A stretch of 32,000 nucleotides of DNA from Candidatus Brocadia sp. (GTDB lineage Bacteria > Planctomycetota > Brocadiia > Brocadiales > Brocadiaceae). The notes under the pieces were generated by a model. The model ran no database searches, was not told the DNA's origin, and saw nothing but the letters and a program-made list of their open reading frames with translations. Location: contig CP091279.1 of the NCBI GenBank assembly GCA_021650915.1, positions 1,620,001 through 1,652,000 on the forward strand. The letters are read 5' to 3'. Shown here in pieces: positions 6,822-16,042 of this stretch. The position numbers were made by a program, and so were the translations under genes. The first letter of the stretch is position 1. The number at the start of each line of letters is the position of its first letter.

Positions 6822-8063
6822 ATGTCGCACCCACATCAGCCACACGGCAAACATCCAGCTGGCCATCCTATGCCCCACATGCATGGTGGCCACCCTGTAT
6901 CACCAGAACAGGACAGCCACCCTGAAACAATACGGGAGACCTACACCCGCATCAAAGACGATACTTCCGGCAAATCTGCCATAGAATACATGAAAAATAT
7001 GAAAAACCAGCTGCGCCTGGTTTTCTGGGAGACCACCGTTGGATGCAACCTGGAATGCGTCCATTGCCGCCGTTTAGACGTAAGCACTACCCTTGCCAAG
7101 GATGATATGACCACAAAAGAGGCGCTCGCCTTCGTAGATGCCATTGTCGAGGCAGGCAGGCCTATCCTGGTGCTCAGCGGCGGTGAACCGCTCTTCAGAC
7201 CGGACATCTTCGAGATTGCAAAGTACGCCGTAAGCAAGGGGCTGAGCGTTGCGCTGGCAACAAACGGCACCCTCGTTGATGACCAAACGGCAAAGAATAT
7301 CGTTGACGCGGGCATTGCCAGGGTTTCCATCAGTTTTGATGGCGCCGATGCCAAGACCCATGATGAATTCAGGAAAATACCCGGCTCGTTTGAACGGTCT
7401 ATTGCCGGATTTAAACGCTTAAAAAACCTGGGCATGAGCATGCAAATCAACTGTACGATTGCAAAACACAACGTGCATCAGGTTGACGACCTTTACAACC
7501 TTGCCCTGAAACTGGGCGCTGACGCATTGCACATCTTTATGCTGGTGCCGGTAGGATGCGGAGTCCAGATTGCCGATGACCAGATGCTTCATCCCCAGAA
7601 ATACGAGGAGGTGCTGAATCATTTCTACGACCTCTCAAAAGAGGCCAAGATTCAAACCAAGGCCACCTGTGCCCCCCACTATTTCCGCATCATGAGGGAA
7701 CGCGCAAAGGAAGAGGGAATTACCATTTCGCCGAAAACCCACGGCATGGCGGCCATGACGAAGGGATGTCTGGCAGGCACCGGCGTGTGCTTCGTTTCCC
7801 ACAAGGGGGAGGTCTTCCCGTGCGGGTACTTGCCGGTCGAGGCAGGTCACGTAAAGAAACAAAAATTTGTGGATATCTGGAATGATTCTCCGGTCTTTCA
7901 GAAATTACGCGATCCTGATTTATTGGAAGGCAAGTGCGGCGCCTGCGAGTACAAAAAGGTCTGTGAGGGTTGCAGGGCACGGGCATTTTACGATACGGGC
8001 AACTATCTGGCTGAGGAGCCTTACTGCATCTACCAGCCGAAGATGGCCAAGGCTGGTAAATAG
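6822..8063 (+). CDS. Radical SAM/SPASM-domain protein of the NirJ/AhbD (haem-biosynthesis) type, with a His/Pro-rich N-terminal tail
   Basis: GGAGG lies 6 nt before the ATG. The CNLECVHC (CxxxCxxC) cluster sits in ..LRLVFWETTVGCNLECVHCRR.. The C-terminal Cys-rich SPASM-like region is ..CLAGTGVCFVSHKGEVFPCGY..GKCGACEYKKVCEGCRARAF.. The specific function is inferred only from family resemblance. Confidence 0.85.
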   Translation: MSHPHQPHGKHPAGHPMPHMHGGHPVSPEQDSHPETIRETYTRIKDDTSGKSAIEYMKNMKNQLRLVFWETTVGCNLECVHCRRLDVSTTLAKDDMTTKEALAFVDAIVEAGRPILVLSGGEPLFRPDIFEIAKYAVSKGLSVALATNGTLVDDQTAKNIVDAGIARVSISFDGADAKTHDEFRKIPGSFERSIAGFKRLKNLGMSMQINCTIAKHNVHQVDDLYNLALKLGADALHIFMLVPVGCGVQIADDQMLHPQKYEEVLNHFYDLSKEAKIQTKATCAPHYFRIMRERAKEEGITISPKTHGMAAMTKGCLAGTGVCFVSHKGEVFPCGYLPVEAGHVKKQKFVDIWNDSPVFQKLRDPDLLEGKCGACEYKKVCEGCRARAFYDTGNYLAEEPYCIYQPKMAKAGK

Positions 8064-8077
8064 CAAGTCTGCGACCC

Positions 8078-8117
8078 AGTTCATCTGGTGGATACGCTTC
8101 GCTTTATCCACCCTACA
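8078..8117. repeat. REP-like element AGTTCATCTGGTGGATACGCTTCGCTTTATCCACCCTACA
   Basis: GGTGGATA...TATCCACC forms an 8-bp stem followed by CTACA. It is 38/40 identical to the copy at 8323-8362. Confidence 0.65.
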
Positions 8118-8197
8118 GAAAACTTGTAGGACGAACCGGTCTTTTCAATAGCACATACGTTTTATGCCTACGTGGTGCAAATCGTACAAAATATTTC

Positions 8198-8221
8198 GGT
8201 TCAATCGGGGACGATTGAACC
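8198..8221. other. Perfect 10-bp hairpin GGTTCAATCG-GGGA-CGATTGAACC between converging genes
   Basis: Direct reading. ATTGAACC recurs at 8291-8298. There is no adjacent T-run, so terminator function is unproven. Confidence 0.4.
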
Positions 8222-8322
8222 AGCCCAAGGCGATTGTTTTGTATCGCCGTATCCAACAGCCATTATGCCTATGCTGGTTTAATCTTGCAGATTGAACCAA
8301 TCATTTGACTCCTCCTTCGCTT

Positions 8323-8362
8323 AGTTCATTTGGTGGATACGCTCCGCTTTATCCACCCTACA
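8323..8362. repeat. REP-like element, second copy (AGTTCATTTGGTGGATACGCTCCGCTTTATCCACCCTACA)
   Basis: Direct repeat of 8078-8117, 245 bp away, just downstream of the stop of the minus-strand NACHT gene. Confidence 0.65.
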
Positions 8363-8396
8363 CCAAAAATCCGCCAAGGGTGCAAGGGGCAAAGGG

Positions 8397-11318
8397 TCAG
8401 GGGTTCACTGACCTGGTGAGGCGGATGCCAACGCGGTTGAAGCGGTTGTCAGGCGCGTTGCTGCTCCGGTTAGCCGACCGGCAGTTCTGCGCAACGCTGG
8501 TCCAACTGCCACCGCGCATCACGCGGGAGGAGCCCTTCTCAGGACCTTTCGGTTCCTCTTTAGGACTCGATTTATAGTAATCCGCATCATACCAATCAGC
8601 GCACCACTCATAAACATTACCATGCATGTTAGCCAGTCCAAGGGAATTGAGGTTTTCCGCGCCGGCGTGGGGATTGACTTCATCTACGGCATGGGCATGC
8701 GGTTTATCGGCCTCGCCGAACCAGGCATGGCTAGTCAAATCTTCCGGGTTGTCGCCAAAATAATATTGGGGGCGCCTGGCACTTTCCCCACCCCTGGCTG
8801 CATACTCCCACTCAGCCTCTGTAGGAAGGCGTGCATTCAGCCAGAGGGCACAATAATAGGCTTCAAACCAAGTGTTGCTCACAGCGGGGTGACTGTCTCC
8901 TCCATAATTTGGATACTTTTTTCCTAAGGGGAAATTTGCCAGCATGCGGTTTGTCACCGGATGTTTCGCCATAAGAAAGCTATCAACTTTTACCTGATGG
9001 GCCGGTCGTTCATTATCTCCATGGTTATCATCCCCCATGAGGAAGGTACCGCCCTGCACCCCTATCCATTCTAAGCAATTAGCCGGATCATTTAAAAATG
9101 CCCTCTGGCGCTCTGCGGCATGTTCCAGATCAAGGAGTTCATAGAGTATGCCTCCGGGTTCAAGGGGTTTAAGCTCCATGTTCGTCAGCAGGATCTGGGC
9201 GCGATAGATCACCTCGCAGTCGCGTTCACCGCATTCCAACAACATGATGCGCAGCGTTTCCTGCACAAGGTTTTGACGTTCGGCTTCAGACACCAGGGGG
9301 AGGGATTGCTCCAAAGAATCGATCAGCAGCAGCTTGCCCTGATTGCCCTGCTCTTGTTCAATCAGTGGCTGAATGATTTCATCAACCGACGCCTTGACTT
9401 CCGTGGTTACCCGCAGCGCAAGTGGCCGGTTTATCGTCCACAATCCGTTAATCAGCGCTTTAACGTCATCATCCTGGACCAGCAGTCCGGCATAAAGCCT
9501 GACTACTTCCTCCCAATCCGGATTGGCTGCATGCCTGATGACAAATTCCTGCTTCTTTTCCAGCAACGCCAGGGCCGTGAAATACTCCCACAGGGATCGA
9601 TGGACAAAGGTGTACCCTTCCTTCAGGCGTTGAATCAGCCCGGTTTCCCGCTGCAGCAGGTCAAGAACTTCATCTGTTTTTCCCGGTAAGGCAGCGGTTG
9701 GATGGCTCCGGCCAATAACCTTCACATGATCGGGGTCGAAATCAGCCTCCTGCCACAAAAAAAATTTTAAGGAGATATCCTTTAATAAACCAAGTGCCTC
9801 CTCATACGTAATGTGAACCTTTCCCGTCTGTCTTTGATCCGTATCATAGGGACGATCCAGCAAAGAGCGGGTGCAGTTTGCGTAAAGCTGACTACGGCGT
9901 TCAATCAGTTCTGCCTTGTCATCGATTCCAAAAGTAAAGCAGATCATACTCAGCAGGAAGGGGTTGGCTGCCAGGGCGCGGATGCGCGGTTTGTCCCCGA
10001 AGGTTTTCCACAAGACATCGATTTTATCCGTGTCGTCTTTAAACCATTTGCCCAGGTATTCTTTCATCACAAGATCGTCCAACGGCAGTAAATCCAGGGG
10101 ACGGTATCCCGGATAGTCTTCTGATTTGAGCCCAATAGGACGGGAAGTGACGATTATCCTGCAGCGAGGATATTTCTTCGCAAACGCATCCATGATACCG
10201 GCAATTTTTTTATTTGTCTCCGGGTCTTCAATTTCATCAAGGCCATCCAGGAACAGCGCCATCGGCTGTTCCAGAAAACGCCTTTTATCACAGAGAACAT
10301 CGAGCATTTCAGGACTGTCACTATCCTCATTGATCTGCTGTTTTACAAACTCATCCAGGGTATTTTTGGCGCAACAAAAATCACGCAATCGCAAATAAAC
10401 CGGTATCAGTTCCTTTTTACCTTCTGCTCCAAGGGTGGCAAATCGGTGGACAAGATAGCGCATCAATGTCGTCTTGCCCCCTCCCGGCAGTCCACGCACC
10501 AGAAACCGGGGTTCCTTAAATCCATCAATAAACAGGTCTTCTATCCCCAGTGGCTCGACATCACTACCTGTGGCAACTCTCTGCCAGTCACTTAAATACA
10601 GCGGCACAAAGCCCTCGTCAATAGAGGCCATGTGATCGAACGTCTCTCCGCTCTTGCCTGCATGCTGGCACTGACTGCCGAAGAAATACATGGATGAAAA
10701 TTTCAACTGAATCCGTTTGCAGTAGTTGCGCATGAAGTCCTGAGTTTCGCTTCTCTGCAGACTCCAGCCCGCCCCTGCTCCGGTAAGTTTATACTCATGA
10801 CGGATGAAGTTTGACATATGTTGCCTTGCGAGCCGCTCGAACTGAGACACATCCTGAAACGTCCCGTACAAACCTTCTTTGGGAAATTCATTCCGGAATC
10901 GTATGACAAGCCCAAACTGCTCATGCTCTTCCGTAGTCTGCGGAAAGAACGGAGTTTCTTTGAAGTACATCATTATCTGAGGGCGGTTGTTTTGCCGCCA
11001 GCCCCTGATGGCCGTGCGGATCTCGTGCCCCGTCCCTGATTGTGCATCGCGGGTGGGCGTACCAAAGCGCTTCCAAAATATACCAAGCAGAATATCGCAG
11101 TCTTCAATACGTAAGATAGGATCAATGAGTCCCTGAGGGCCATCGGCGTGAAACCCAGGATAGGCATCGGTCTCCCAACGGCTTAATTCCAGGAGTAAAT
11201 TGCGATCGGCGGCGACACCGCGGTTTAACTCGTCAATGACAGACTCCATCACCTTCCGTTCTTCTTTTACATCTCCCGGCGACGCAAGCACAATTCGAAG
11301 ACACTGCTTTGCCTTCAT
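8397..11318 (-). CDS. NLR-like STAND NTPase, 973 aa: DUF4062-like N-terminal domain, NACHT, helical linker, and a C-terminal FGE/SUMF1-type (sulfatase-modifying-factor-like) domain
   Basis: aa 8-125: ..IVLASPGDVKEER..DAYPG..CDILLGIFWKRFGT..SGTGHE..MMYFK (DUF4062-like pattern). Walker A is GLPGGGKTTL (aa 276-285) and Walker B is ALFLDGLDE (aa 354-362). aa 749-970: ..GGTFLMGDD...RPAHQV.V..F.MAKHPVTN....RGGSW...CRSANR....RVGIRL (FGE-sulfatase family). Confidence 0.9.
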   Translation of the reverse strand: MKAKQCLRIVLASPGDVKEERKVMESVIDELNRGVAADRNLLLELSRWETDAYPGFHADGPQGLIDPILRIEDCDILLGIFWKRFGTPTRDAQSGTGHEIRTAIRGWRQNNRPQIMMYFKETPFFPQTTEEHEQFGLVIRFRNEFPKEGLYGTFQDVSQFERLARQHMSNFIRHEYKLTGAGAGWSLQRSETQDFMRNYCKRIQLKFSSMYFFGSQCQHAGKSGETFDHMASIDEGFVPLYLSDWQRVATGSDVEPLGIEDLFIDGFKEPRFLVRGLPGGGKTTLMRYLVHRFATLGAEGKKELIPVYLRLRDFCCAKNTLDEFVKQQINEDSDSPEMLDVLCDKRRFLEQPMALFLDGLDEIEDPETNKKIAGIMDAFAKKYPRCRIIVTSRPIGLKSEDYPGYRPLDLLPLDDLVMKEYLGKWFKDDTDKIDVLWKTFGDKPRIRALAANPFLLSMICFTFGIDDKAELIERRSQLYANCTRSLLDRPYDTDQRQTGKVHITYEEALGLLKDISLKFFLWQEADFDPDHVKVIGRSHPTAALPGKTDEVLDLLQRETGLIQRLKEGYTFVHRSLWEYFTALALLEKKQEFVIRHAANPDWEEVVRLYAGLLVQDDDVKALINGLWTINRPLALRVTTEVKASVDEIIQPLIEQEQGNQGKLLLIDSLEQSLPLVSEAERQNLVQETLRIMLLECGERDCEVIYRAQILLTNMELKPLEPGGILYELLDLEHAAERQRAFLNDPANCLEWIGVQGGTFLMGDDNHGDNERPAHQVKVDSFLMAKHPVTNRMLANFPLGKKYPNYGGDSHPAVSNTWFEAYYCALWLNARLPTEAEWEYAARGGESARRPQYYFGDNPEDLTSHAWFGEADKPHAHAVDEVNPHAGAENLNSLGLANMHGNVYEWCADWYDADYYKSSPKEEPKGPEKGSSRVMRGGSWTSVAQNCRSANRSSNAPDNRFNRVGIRLTRSVNP

Positions 11319-11825
11319 TTAATACCCTCTCATCCTTTTGCTGATGCTATGAGATGCCGGAAATCGGCCTCAACGAAATAGGGAAAAAAACGTGATGTCT
11401 GGGATTACCGGAAAAGACCTTTTGTCGTGCCCGTATATTAGAACAAAAAATGAAAATAATACAAGATTTTTGTAATGTTCCAGCCCACGGCAGAGGACTG
11501 CTTTGTACCTATTTACTACCTGTTTTCTCTGCGGCTTGTTGCGTTATGATATCATCCCTCAATGGATGAATATCTGTCTTCACCAAGAAACATACGCCTT
11601 TCAGGTAATTTTTTACATCAGGTCTCATCTTGTATTGCCTGGTTACGGCCAAAACTGGCCTTCAGGCGCTTCAGGGCGACAGGGAAACCGGCCTTTAGAA
11701 AACCCTGTAACAAAGGATATTTTAAAAAAATTCCAGAAAATACTTGATTCAGGGGCGTATTTAAGGTATTCTAACCCCGAATTTAACACCTTTTATATAA
11801 ACATTTTTTGAAAGGAGGTTGTTGG

Positions 11826-12101
11826 ATGAATAAACAGGAGTTGATTGACATTGTGGCAAAAGAGTGTGAAGTGTCGAAGGCTTGCGGCGAAGCCGCGGTG
11901 AATGCCGTGCTGAACGGCATCAAGAATGGCGTTAAGAAGAGCAAGGAAGTGCGCCTGATTGGCTTTGGCACCTTTTCGGTAAGAGCCAGAAAGGCACGGA
12001 AAGGACGCAATCCGCAAACAGGTGCGGTAATTAATATCAAAGCCAGCAAGGCGATAAAATTTACTGCCGGACAGGACTTTAAAAACGCAGTTAACAAATA
12101 A
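11826..12101 (+). CDS. hup: HU-family nucleoid DNA-binding protein, 91 aa
   Basis: AAGGAGG lies 7 nt upstream of ATG 11826. MNKQELIDIVA...GFGTFSVRARKARKGRNPQTG matches the HU/IHF signature. The ORF-track start at 11808 is a TTG extension. Confidence 0.9.
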   Translation: MNKQELIDIVAKECEVSKACGEAAVNAVLNGIKNGVKKSKEVRLIGFGTFSVRARKARKGRNPQTGAVINIKASKAIKFTAGQDFKNAVNK

Positions 12102-12131
12102 ACAATCCCCCCAGCTGCTATCGATGCAAAC

Positions 12132-12162
12132 AAAAAAGCAGGCTTTTCAGCCTGCTTTTTTG
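12132..12162 (+). terminator. Intrinsic terminator of hup (symmetric A6/T6 flanks)
   Basis: AAAAAAGCAGGC-TTTTCA-GCCTGCTTTTTT, 30 nt after the hup stop. Confidence 0.75.
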
Positions 12163-12236
12163 TTGTTCTCTCTTGTCATCTTACAGAGAAGCTTTTGCAG
12201 CAAATTGCCGCGCTTATACTATTACATCATAAAAAC

Positions 12237-13955
12237 GTAACTATTCAGCGTAATATCGCCCCCTATCGTTACGAGCTGGCAAAATCAGGCAATTTGCCGC
12301 GAAATACCATCCGTAATGCCTGACTTAAATTTACCCCTTGTTTTCGACAAGTCGAGAGATAACTACGGATGAGGCAGAAGATCTTCGCTCCGTCCAGAGA
12401 ACGAAAACAGCCCGATATCTTCTGCTGAACCTTCGTCATCCTGATATCGTTTTCGGCCAGGTTATTCGTGAAGGGGACGTTTTTATTGTCCATAAATCTG
12501 AGCACATCACCCTCATACTCCCGTAATCGTTCCAGGAGATTCCGTGCTTTTGTCCTTTTTACCCGCCCTCTTTTCCCCTTACGGTTCGTTTCATCAGGGG
12601 GCGGGCTTTCAGCTTCTGCGTTTTGTAATATCCCCCGGTACCTTTGCCGGTATTTCTCAGACTCGCCGTTTTCCAACAAACCCCCCGCATCCTTTACCGC
12701 ACGGTTTATCTCTTCGAGCAGGGCTTTCATCTCTTTCGCCCACGGTTGCTTCTTATCCTCTTCCCACACCCCCTCCAATTCCCTCAGGTGGTGTGCATTA
12801 CAGAGCGCATGTGTACAGCGGGTGTAGGTGTAATACGCCTTCAAATGGTCGTGACAAAGAATCCCCCGAAACTGGGGCAGTATCCCGATACTATCCATCG
12901 CTTCCGTCCCACGTCTTTCGTGAGGGAAAAAGTGTGTCCACAAACTATTGGATGCACTATGCAGCCAATACCTGTCTCCGTTCTTGTTGATGCTCGTTTC
13001 ATCTGCCTGCAATACCTCTGATTTGACAAGTTCTTCCTTGGTTTTCCCCTCGAAGGCTTCCAGAGATTCATAGGCATCCTTGTTAAAGTTGTAAAGAGAG
13101 CCTTCGCTCAGCGGTATCCCCATCTGCTCCTCAAAATACTCCTGGATCCTCTTATAGGGTATCAATTGATACTGTGACATATATACTGCGTGCGCTTTCA
13201 AATCCGGCCCATACTGCACTGCCTTTGTCACCCCTTCCGGAAATGACGCTACAAACCTACTTCCCTCCGCATCCTCAACTATCTCTGCCCGATACTCCGT
13301 TACCACCCTTGAAATCTTCATATCAAACACCTGACGCGACTCATAACCGATCAACCTGTATTTGCCGCTCGGATACTTCCTCCGGTCTACTTTTATTACT
13401 TCCACCTTATCAGGATTGGCTACCTTTTTCAGCGTTACTCCATCATGACCCTCTTGCCCACCTGCCTTCCTCTCTCCTTTCGCCCTGCTCTTTCTCGTGC
13501 GATTCGGATCGCTTGCGGGCGGCTTACTACTGTTGCGACTGTTCCGGTTCAGACGTCCTACCAGCAGCGTTATCACTAACACCAACAACTCTATCATTGA
13601 CCTTATGGCAGGTGACAGACCTTTTTCCTCTGAAAGCAGCTTTTCTACTTTCCGCAGCGTTGCATCTATATCTATATTCTCTATCGTCAATGGATGGCAC
13701 CGGTATTAATAGCCTGAAATCATCTCCTGCGGCTATTATACCACAGGCTTTTTCACCCATTTTTTTCACCCTCTACCGCCCTACAAAACTCTGTAATTCT
13801 CTGGCCGAACATACCCCACACCTCTCTTTGCAAAAACCTCCGATGGGCTACAGTGGCATCCTCCACAGCCATTTATTCTACCAACCAATTCTACGGCCCC
13901 CTTTTCTCATGTTGACTGTCAACTAAATTCTAAAATATTTTCGCTGAATAGTTAC
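12237..13955 (-). mobile_element. IS66-family insertion sequence, single-ORF type, intact (1719 bp)
   Basis: Perfect 14-bp terminal inverted repeats GTAACTATTCAGCG (12237-12250) and CGCTGAATAGTTAC (13942-13955). They are flanked by an 8-bp direct repeat ATAAAAAC (12229-12236 and 13956-13963). 8 bp is the characteristic IS66 target duplication. Confidence 0.9.
12269..13690 (-). CDS. IS66-family transposase (TnpC-type), 473 aa
   Basis: ..LQADETSINKNG..WLHSASN...LCHDHLKAYY....ALCNAHHLREL.. resembles the IS66 DDE core with its conserved C.AH.RR/L motif. There is an N-terminal coiled-coil/basic region and no accompanying tnpA/tnpB ORFs. Confidence 0.9.
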   Translation of the reverse strand: MTIENIDIDATLRKVEKLLSEEKGLSPAIRSMIELLVLVITLLVGRLNRNSRNSSKPPASDPNRTRKSRAKGERKAGGQEGHDGVTLKKVANPDKVEVIKVDRRKYPSGKYRLIGYESRQVFDMKISRVVTEYRAEIVEDAEGSRFVASFPEGVTKAVQYGPDLKAHAVYMSQYQLIPYKRIQEYFEEQMGIPLSEGSLYNFNKDAYESLEAFEGKTKEELVKSEVLQADETSINKNGDRYWLHSASNSLWTHFFPHERRGTEAMDSIGILPQFRGILCHDHLKAYYTYTRCTHALCNAHHLRELEGVWEEDKKQPWAKEMKALLEEINRAVKDAGGLLENGESEKYRQRYRGILQNAEAESPPPDETNRKGKRGRVKRTKARNLLERLREYEGDVLRFMDNKNVPFTNNLAENDIRMTKVQQKISGCFRSLDGAKIFCLIRSYLSTCRKQGVNLSQALRMVFRGKLPDFASS

Positions 13956-14037
13956 ATAAAAACTTCTTCTTTGTGAGTTTTAAACACACCCCCTCAATCC
14001 CTTCTTTTCAGAGGGAAGTTGGCTGCGGTGAGCTGCG

Positions 14038-15900
14038 TCAGGCGTTCTCTACAGATGTCTCAACTGATTCCACGGCCTGCTGCCGTCGGGTAATCCTTCG
14101 GTCATTCTCGGTAAGCAGTTTCTTTCTTAGGCGGAAGGTCTTTGGGGTAATTTCAACCAATTCATCATCCTCAATATACTCAAGGGCCATTTCCAGCGAA
14201 AACTCCCTCGGAGGCGGCAGCTTGATCCCCTTTTCTGCCGTGGCACACCTGATATTTGTGGCCTTTTTTGCCCTGATAATATTCACCGTAATGTCATTCT
14301 GCTCACAGTGCTCCCCCACAATCATTCCTTCATATACCCGGTCGCCGGGTTTTATGAACATAATCCCTCTGTCCTGCAGGCCATCCAGGGCATATGCGGT
14401 TGCTTCACCGTTGGCCATAGAAATCAACACCCCCTGAATGCGGTGGGCAATATCACCTTTGTACGGTTCGTAATCATAAAAATTGTGATACATCACCGCT
14501 TCACCGCGGGTAGAGCTCAGGAGACGGTTCCTGAGACCGATCAAACCGCGGGAGGGCACTTTAAACTCAAAGTGAGTAATGTCCTTATCCGTATCCATGC
14601 TCAGCATTTCTCCCTTTCGTGTGCCCATCATAGAAATGACGTGTCCCTCATATTCTTTGGGTACGTCAATGACCACATATTCCACCGGCTCTGCCTTCCC
14701 TCCTTTCAATTGTTTGAAGATCACTTTTGGTTTGGAAACCTGCACCTCATATCCCTCGCGGCGCATGTTTTCAATCAGCACGGAAAGATGCAACAGTCCC
14801 CGTCCCGATACCCGGAAGGCATCCGGTGTTTCCGTATCGTCTACCTTGAGGGCCACATTTGACCGGAGTTCGCGGTACAGCCTTTCCCTCAGATTCCGGC
14901 TCGTAACGTATTTTCCGTCCTGGCCGCAGAAGGGAGAATTATTTACGGAAAATATCATAGAAAGCGTGGGTTCATCGATGCTGATTTTTGGCATGGCCTG
15001 GGGATTTTCAATTGACGCAATCGTATCGCTGATGTCAATATTCTCAATTCCGGTGAGGGCAACAATGTCGCCGGCCTGAGCCGATTTTGCCGTCTGCCGT
15101 CCCAGTCCGGTAAAAGTAAAAAGTTCTGTTACCCGATGCACGGTCTGCCGGTTATCCTTGTCAATCCGCGTAACCTGCTGCCCCGCCTGGATGCTGCCCA
15201 TAAAAACCCTGCCAATCCCGATCCTGCCCACGTAGTCATTATAATCCAGTGACGTCACCTGCAGTTGCAGAGGGGCATTCGGATCACCGCTCGGTTTTGG
15301 AATATAATGCAGGATGGTATCGAGCAGCGGGACAATATCTTCGTTTTTCTCCTCCAGGGTCAGTTTTGCATACCCCTCCCTGCCGCTCGCATAAATCACG
15401 GTAAAGTCCAACTGCTCATCTGTTGCATTGAGTTCAACGAAGAGATCAAAGACCTCATTCAACACCTCTTCACAGCGGGCATCGGGCCGGTCAATCTTGT
15501 TAATCACCACGAGGGGTCTGAGATTGTAACTCAGTGCCTTGCGGAGCACAAACCGCGTCTGCGGCATTGTCCCCTCAGCCGCATCAACGAGCAACAACAC
15601 TCCATCGGCCATCTTGAGGACGCGCTCGACCTCACCGCCAAAATCAGCATGTCCCGGGGTATCAATGATATTGATTTTTACGCCTTTGTAGTTAATAGCG
15701 GTATTTTTCGCCAGGATCGTAATGCCACGCTCACGCTCCAGGTCGTTGGAATCCATAATCCTTTCTACGTTTTGAATCTGCTGATTCGACCGGAATGTGC
15801 CACTTTGCTTGAGCAACTGGTCGACCAGGGTGGTCTTGCCATGATCAACATGGGCAATAATTGCCACATTCCGCACATCATCTCTTACTAATTGCGTCAT
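14038..15900 (-). CDS. typA: Translational GTPase TypA/BipA, 620 aa
   Basis: [22 protein letters not shown] (G1) and [14 protein letters not shown] (G3), with EF-G-like domain order. GAGGAG lies 4 nt upstream of ATG 15900. The GTG at 15921 in the ORF track is an upstream extension. Confidence 0.95.
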   Translation of the reverse strand: MTQLVRDDVRNVAIIAHVDHGKTTLVDQLLKQSGTFRSNQQIQNVERIMDSNDLERERGITILAKNTAINYKGVKINIIDTPGHADFGGEVERVLKMADGVLLLVDAAEGTMPQTRFVLRKALSYNLRPLVVINKIDRPDARCEEVLNEVFDLFVELNATDEQLDFTVIYASGREGYAKLTLEEKNEDIVPLLDTILHYIPKPSGDPNAPLQLQVTSLDYNDYVGRIGIGRVFMGSIQAGQQVTRIDKDNRQTVHRVTELFTFTGLGRQTAKSAQAGDIVALTGIENIDISDTIASIENPQAMPKISIDEPTLSMIFSVNNSPFCGQDGKYVTSRNLRERLYRELRSNVALKVDDTETPDAFRVSGRGLLHLSVLIENMRREGYEVQVSKPKVIFKQLKGGKAEPVEYVVIDVPKEYEGHVISMMGTRKGEMLSMDTDKDITHFEFKVPSRGLIGLRNRLLSSTRGEAVMYHNFYDYEPYKGDIAHRIQGVLISMANGEATAYALDGLQDRGIMFIKPGDRVYEGMIVGEHCEQNDITVNIIRAKKATNIRCATAEKGIKLPPPREFSLEMALEYIEDDELVEITPKTFRLRKKLLTENDRRITRRQQAVESVETSVENA

Positions 15901-15960
15901 ATAACTCCTCAAATATACCACAGAGTATTATGCAACCGGCACTGCGCGATTGCCAAAATA

Positions 15961-15994
15961 AAAAAGCCGCTACGATAAATCGTAGCGACTTTTT
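15961..15994 (-). terminator. Bidirectional-looking intrinsic terminator closing the bfr operon
   Basis: AAAAA-GCCGCTACGA-TAAA-TCGTAGCGAC-TTTTT, with a 9/10 stem and A5/T5 flanks. It lies between ORF 16043-16435 and the typA start. Confidence 0.65.
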
Positions 15995-16042
15995 AACATA
16001 ACACCACATCAGGGAAGCCTTAAAACTACGTTTTATAATAAT

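Noticed and set aside
8305-8577. 90-aa plus-strand ORF (also 7867-8151)
   Set aside because: It is built from REP-like repeats (the ..WWIRFALSTLQ.. / ..GGYAPLYPPYT.. translations) and from antisense sequence of the NACHT gene 3' end.
9120-10398. Several 66-189-aa plus-strand ORFs inside the NACHT gene
   Set aside because: They are antisense to a 973-aa ORF with clear Walker A/B and FGE motifs. None has a motif or RBS.
11503-11811. 102-aa and 61-aa ORFs in the 490-bp region upstream of hup
   Set aside because: There is no RBS, the composition is implausible (Cys/Phe/Tyr-rich), and they end inside the hup RBS. The region is better treated as promoter/UTR. I found no recognisable ncRNA motif there either.
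11783-12133. 116-aa and 74-aa minus-strand ORFs
   Set aside because: They are antisense to the clearly recognisable HU gene.
13174-13926. 250-aa plus-strand ORF inside the IS66 element (plus other plus-strand ORFs at 12338-13021)
   Set aside because: They are antisense to the IS66 transposase and give a Pro/Ser/Leu-rich low-complexity translation. Classical IS66 tnpA/tnpB would be on the same strand as tnpC.
14308-15891. 166-208-aa plus-strand ORFs
   Set aside because: They are antisense to typA, whose GTPase motifs are unambiguous.
15901-15921. N-terminal extensions in the ORF track (typA GTG 15921, larC 19463, lysS 28330, hup 11808, antitoxin 1646, 20310, 29922, 30857)
   Set aside because: In each case an internal ATG with a better-placed Shine-Dalgarno sequence reproduces the canonical family N-terminus (e.g. 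MKIAYFDCFSGISGDM for Lar[13 protein letters not shown] for LysS).
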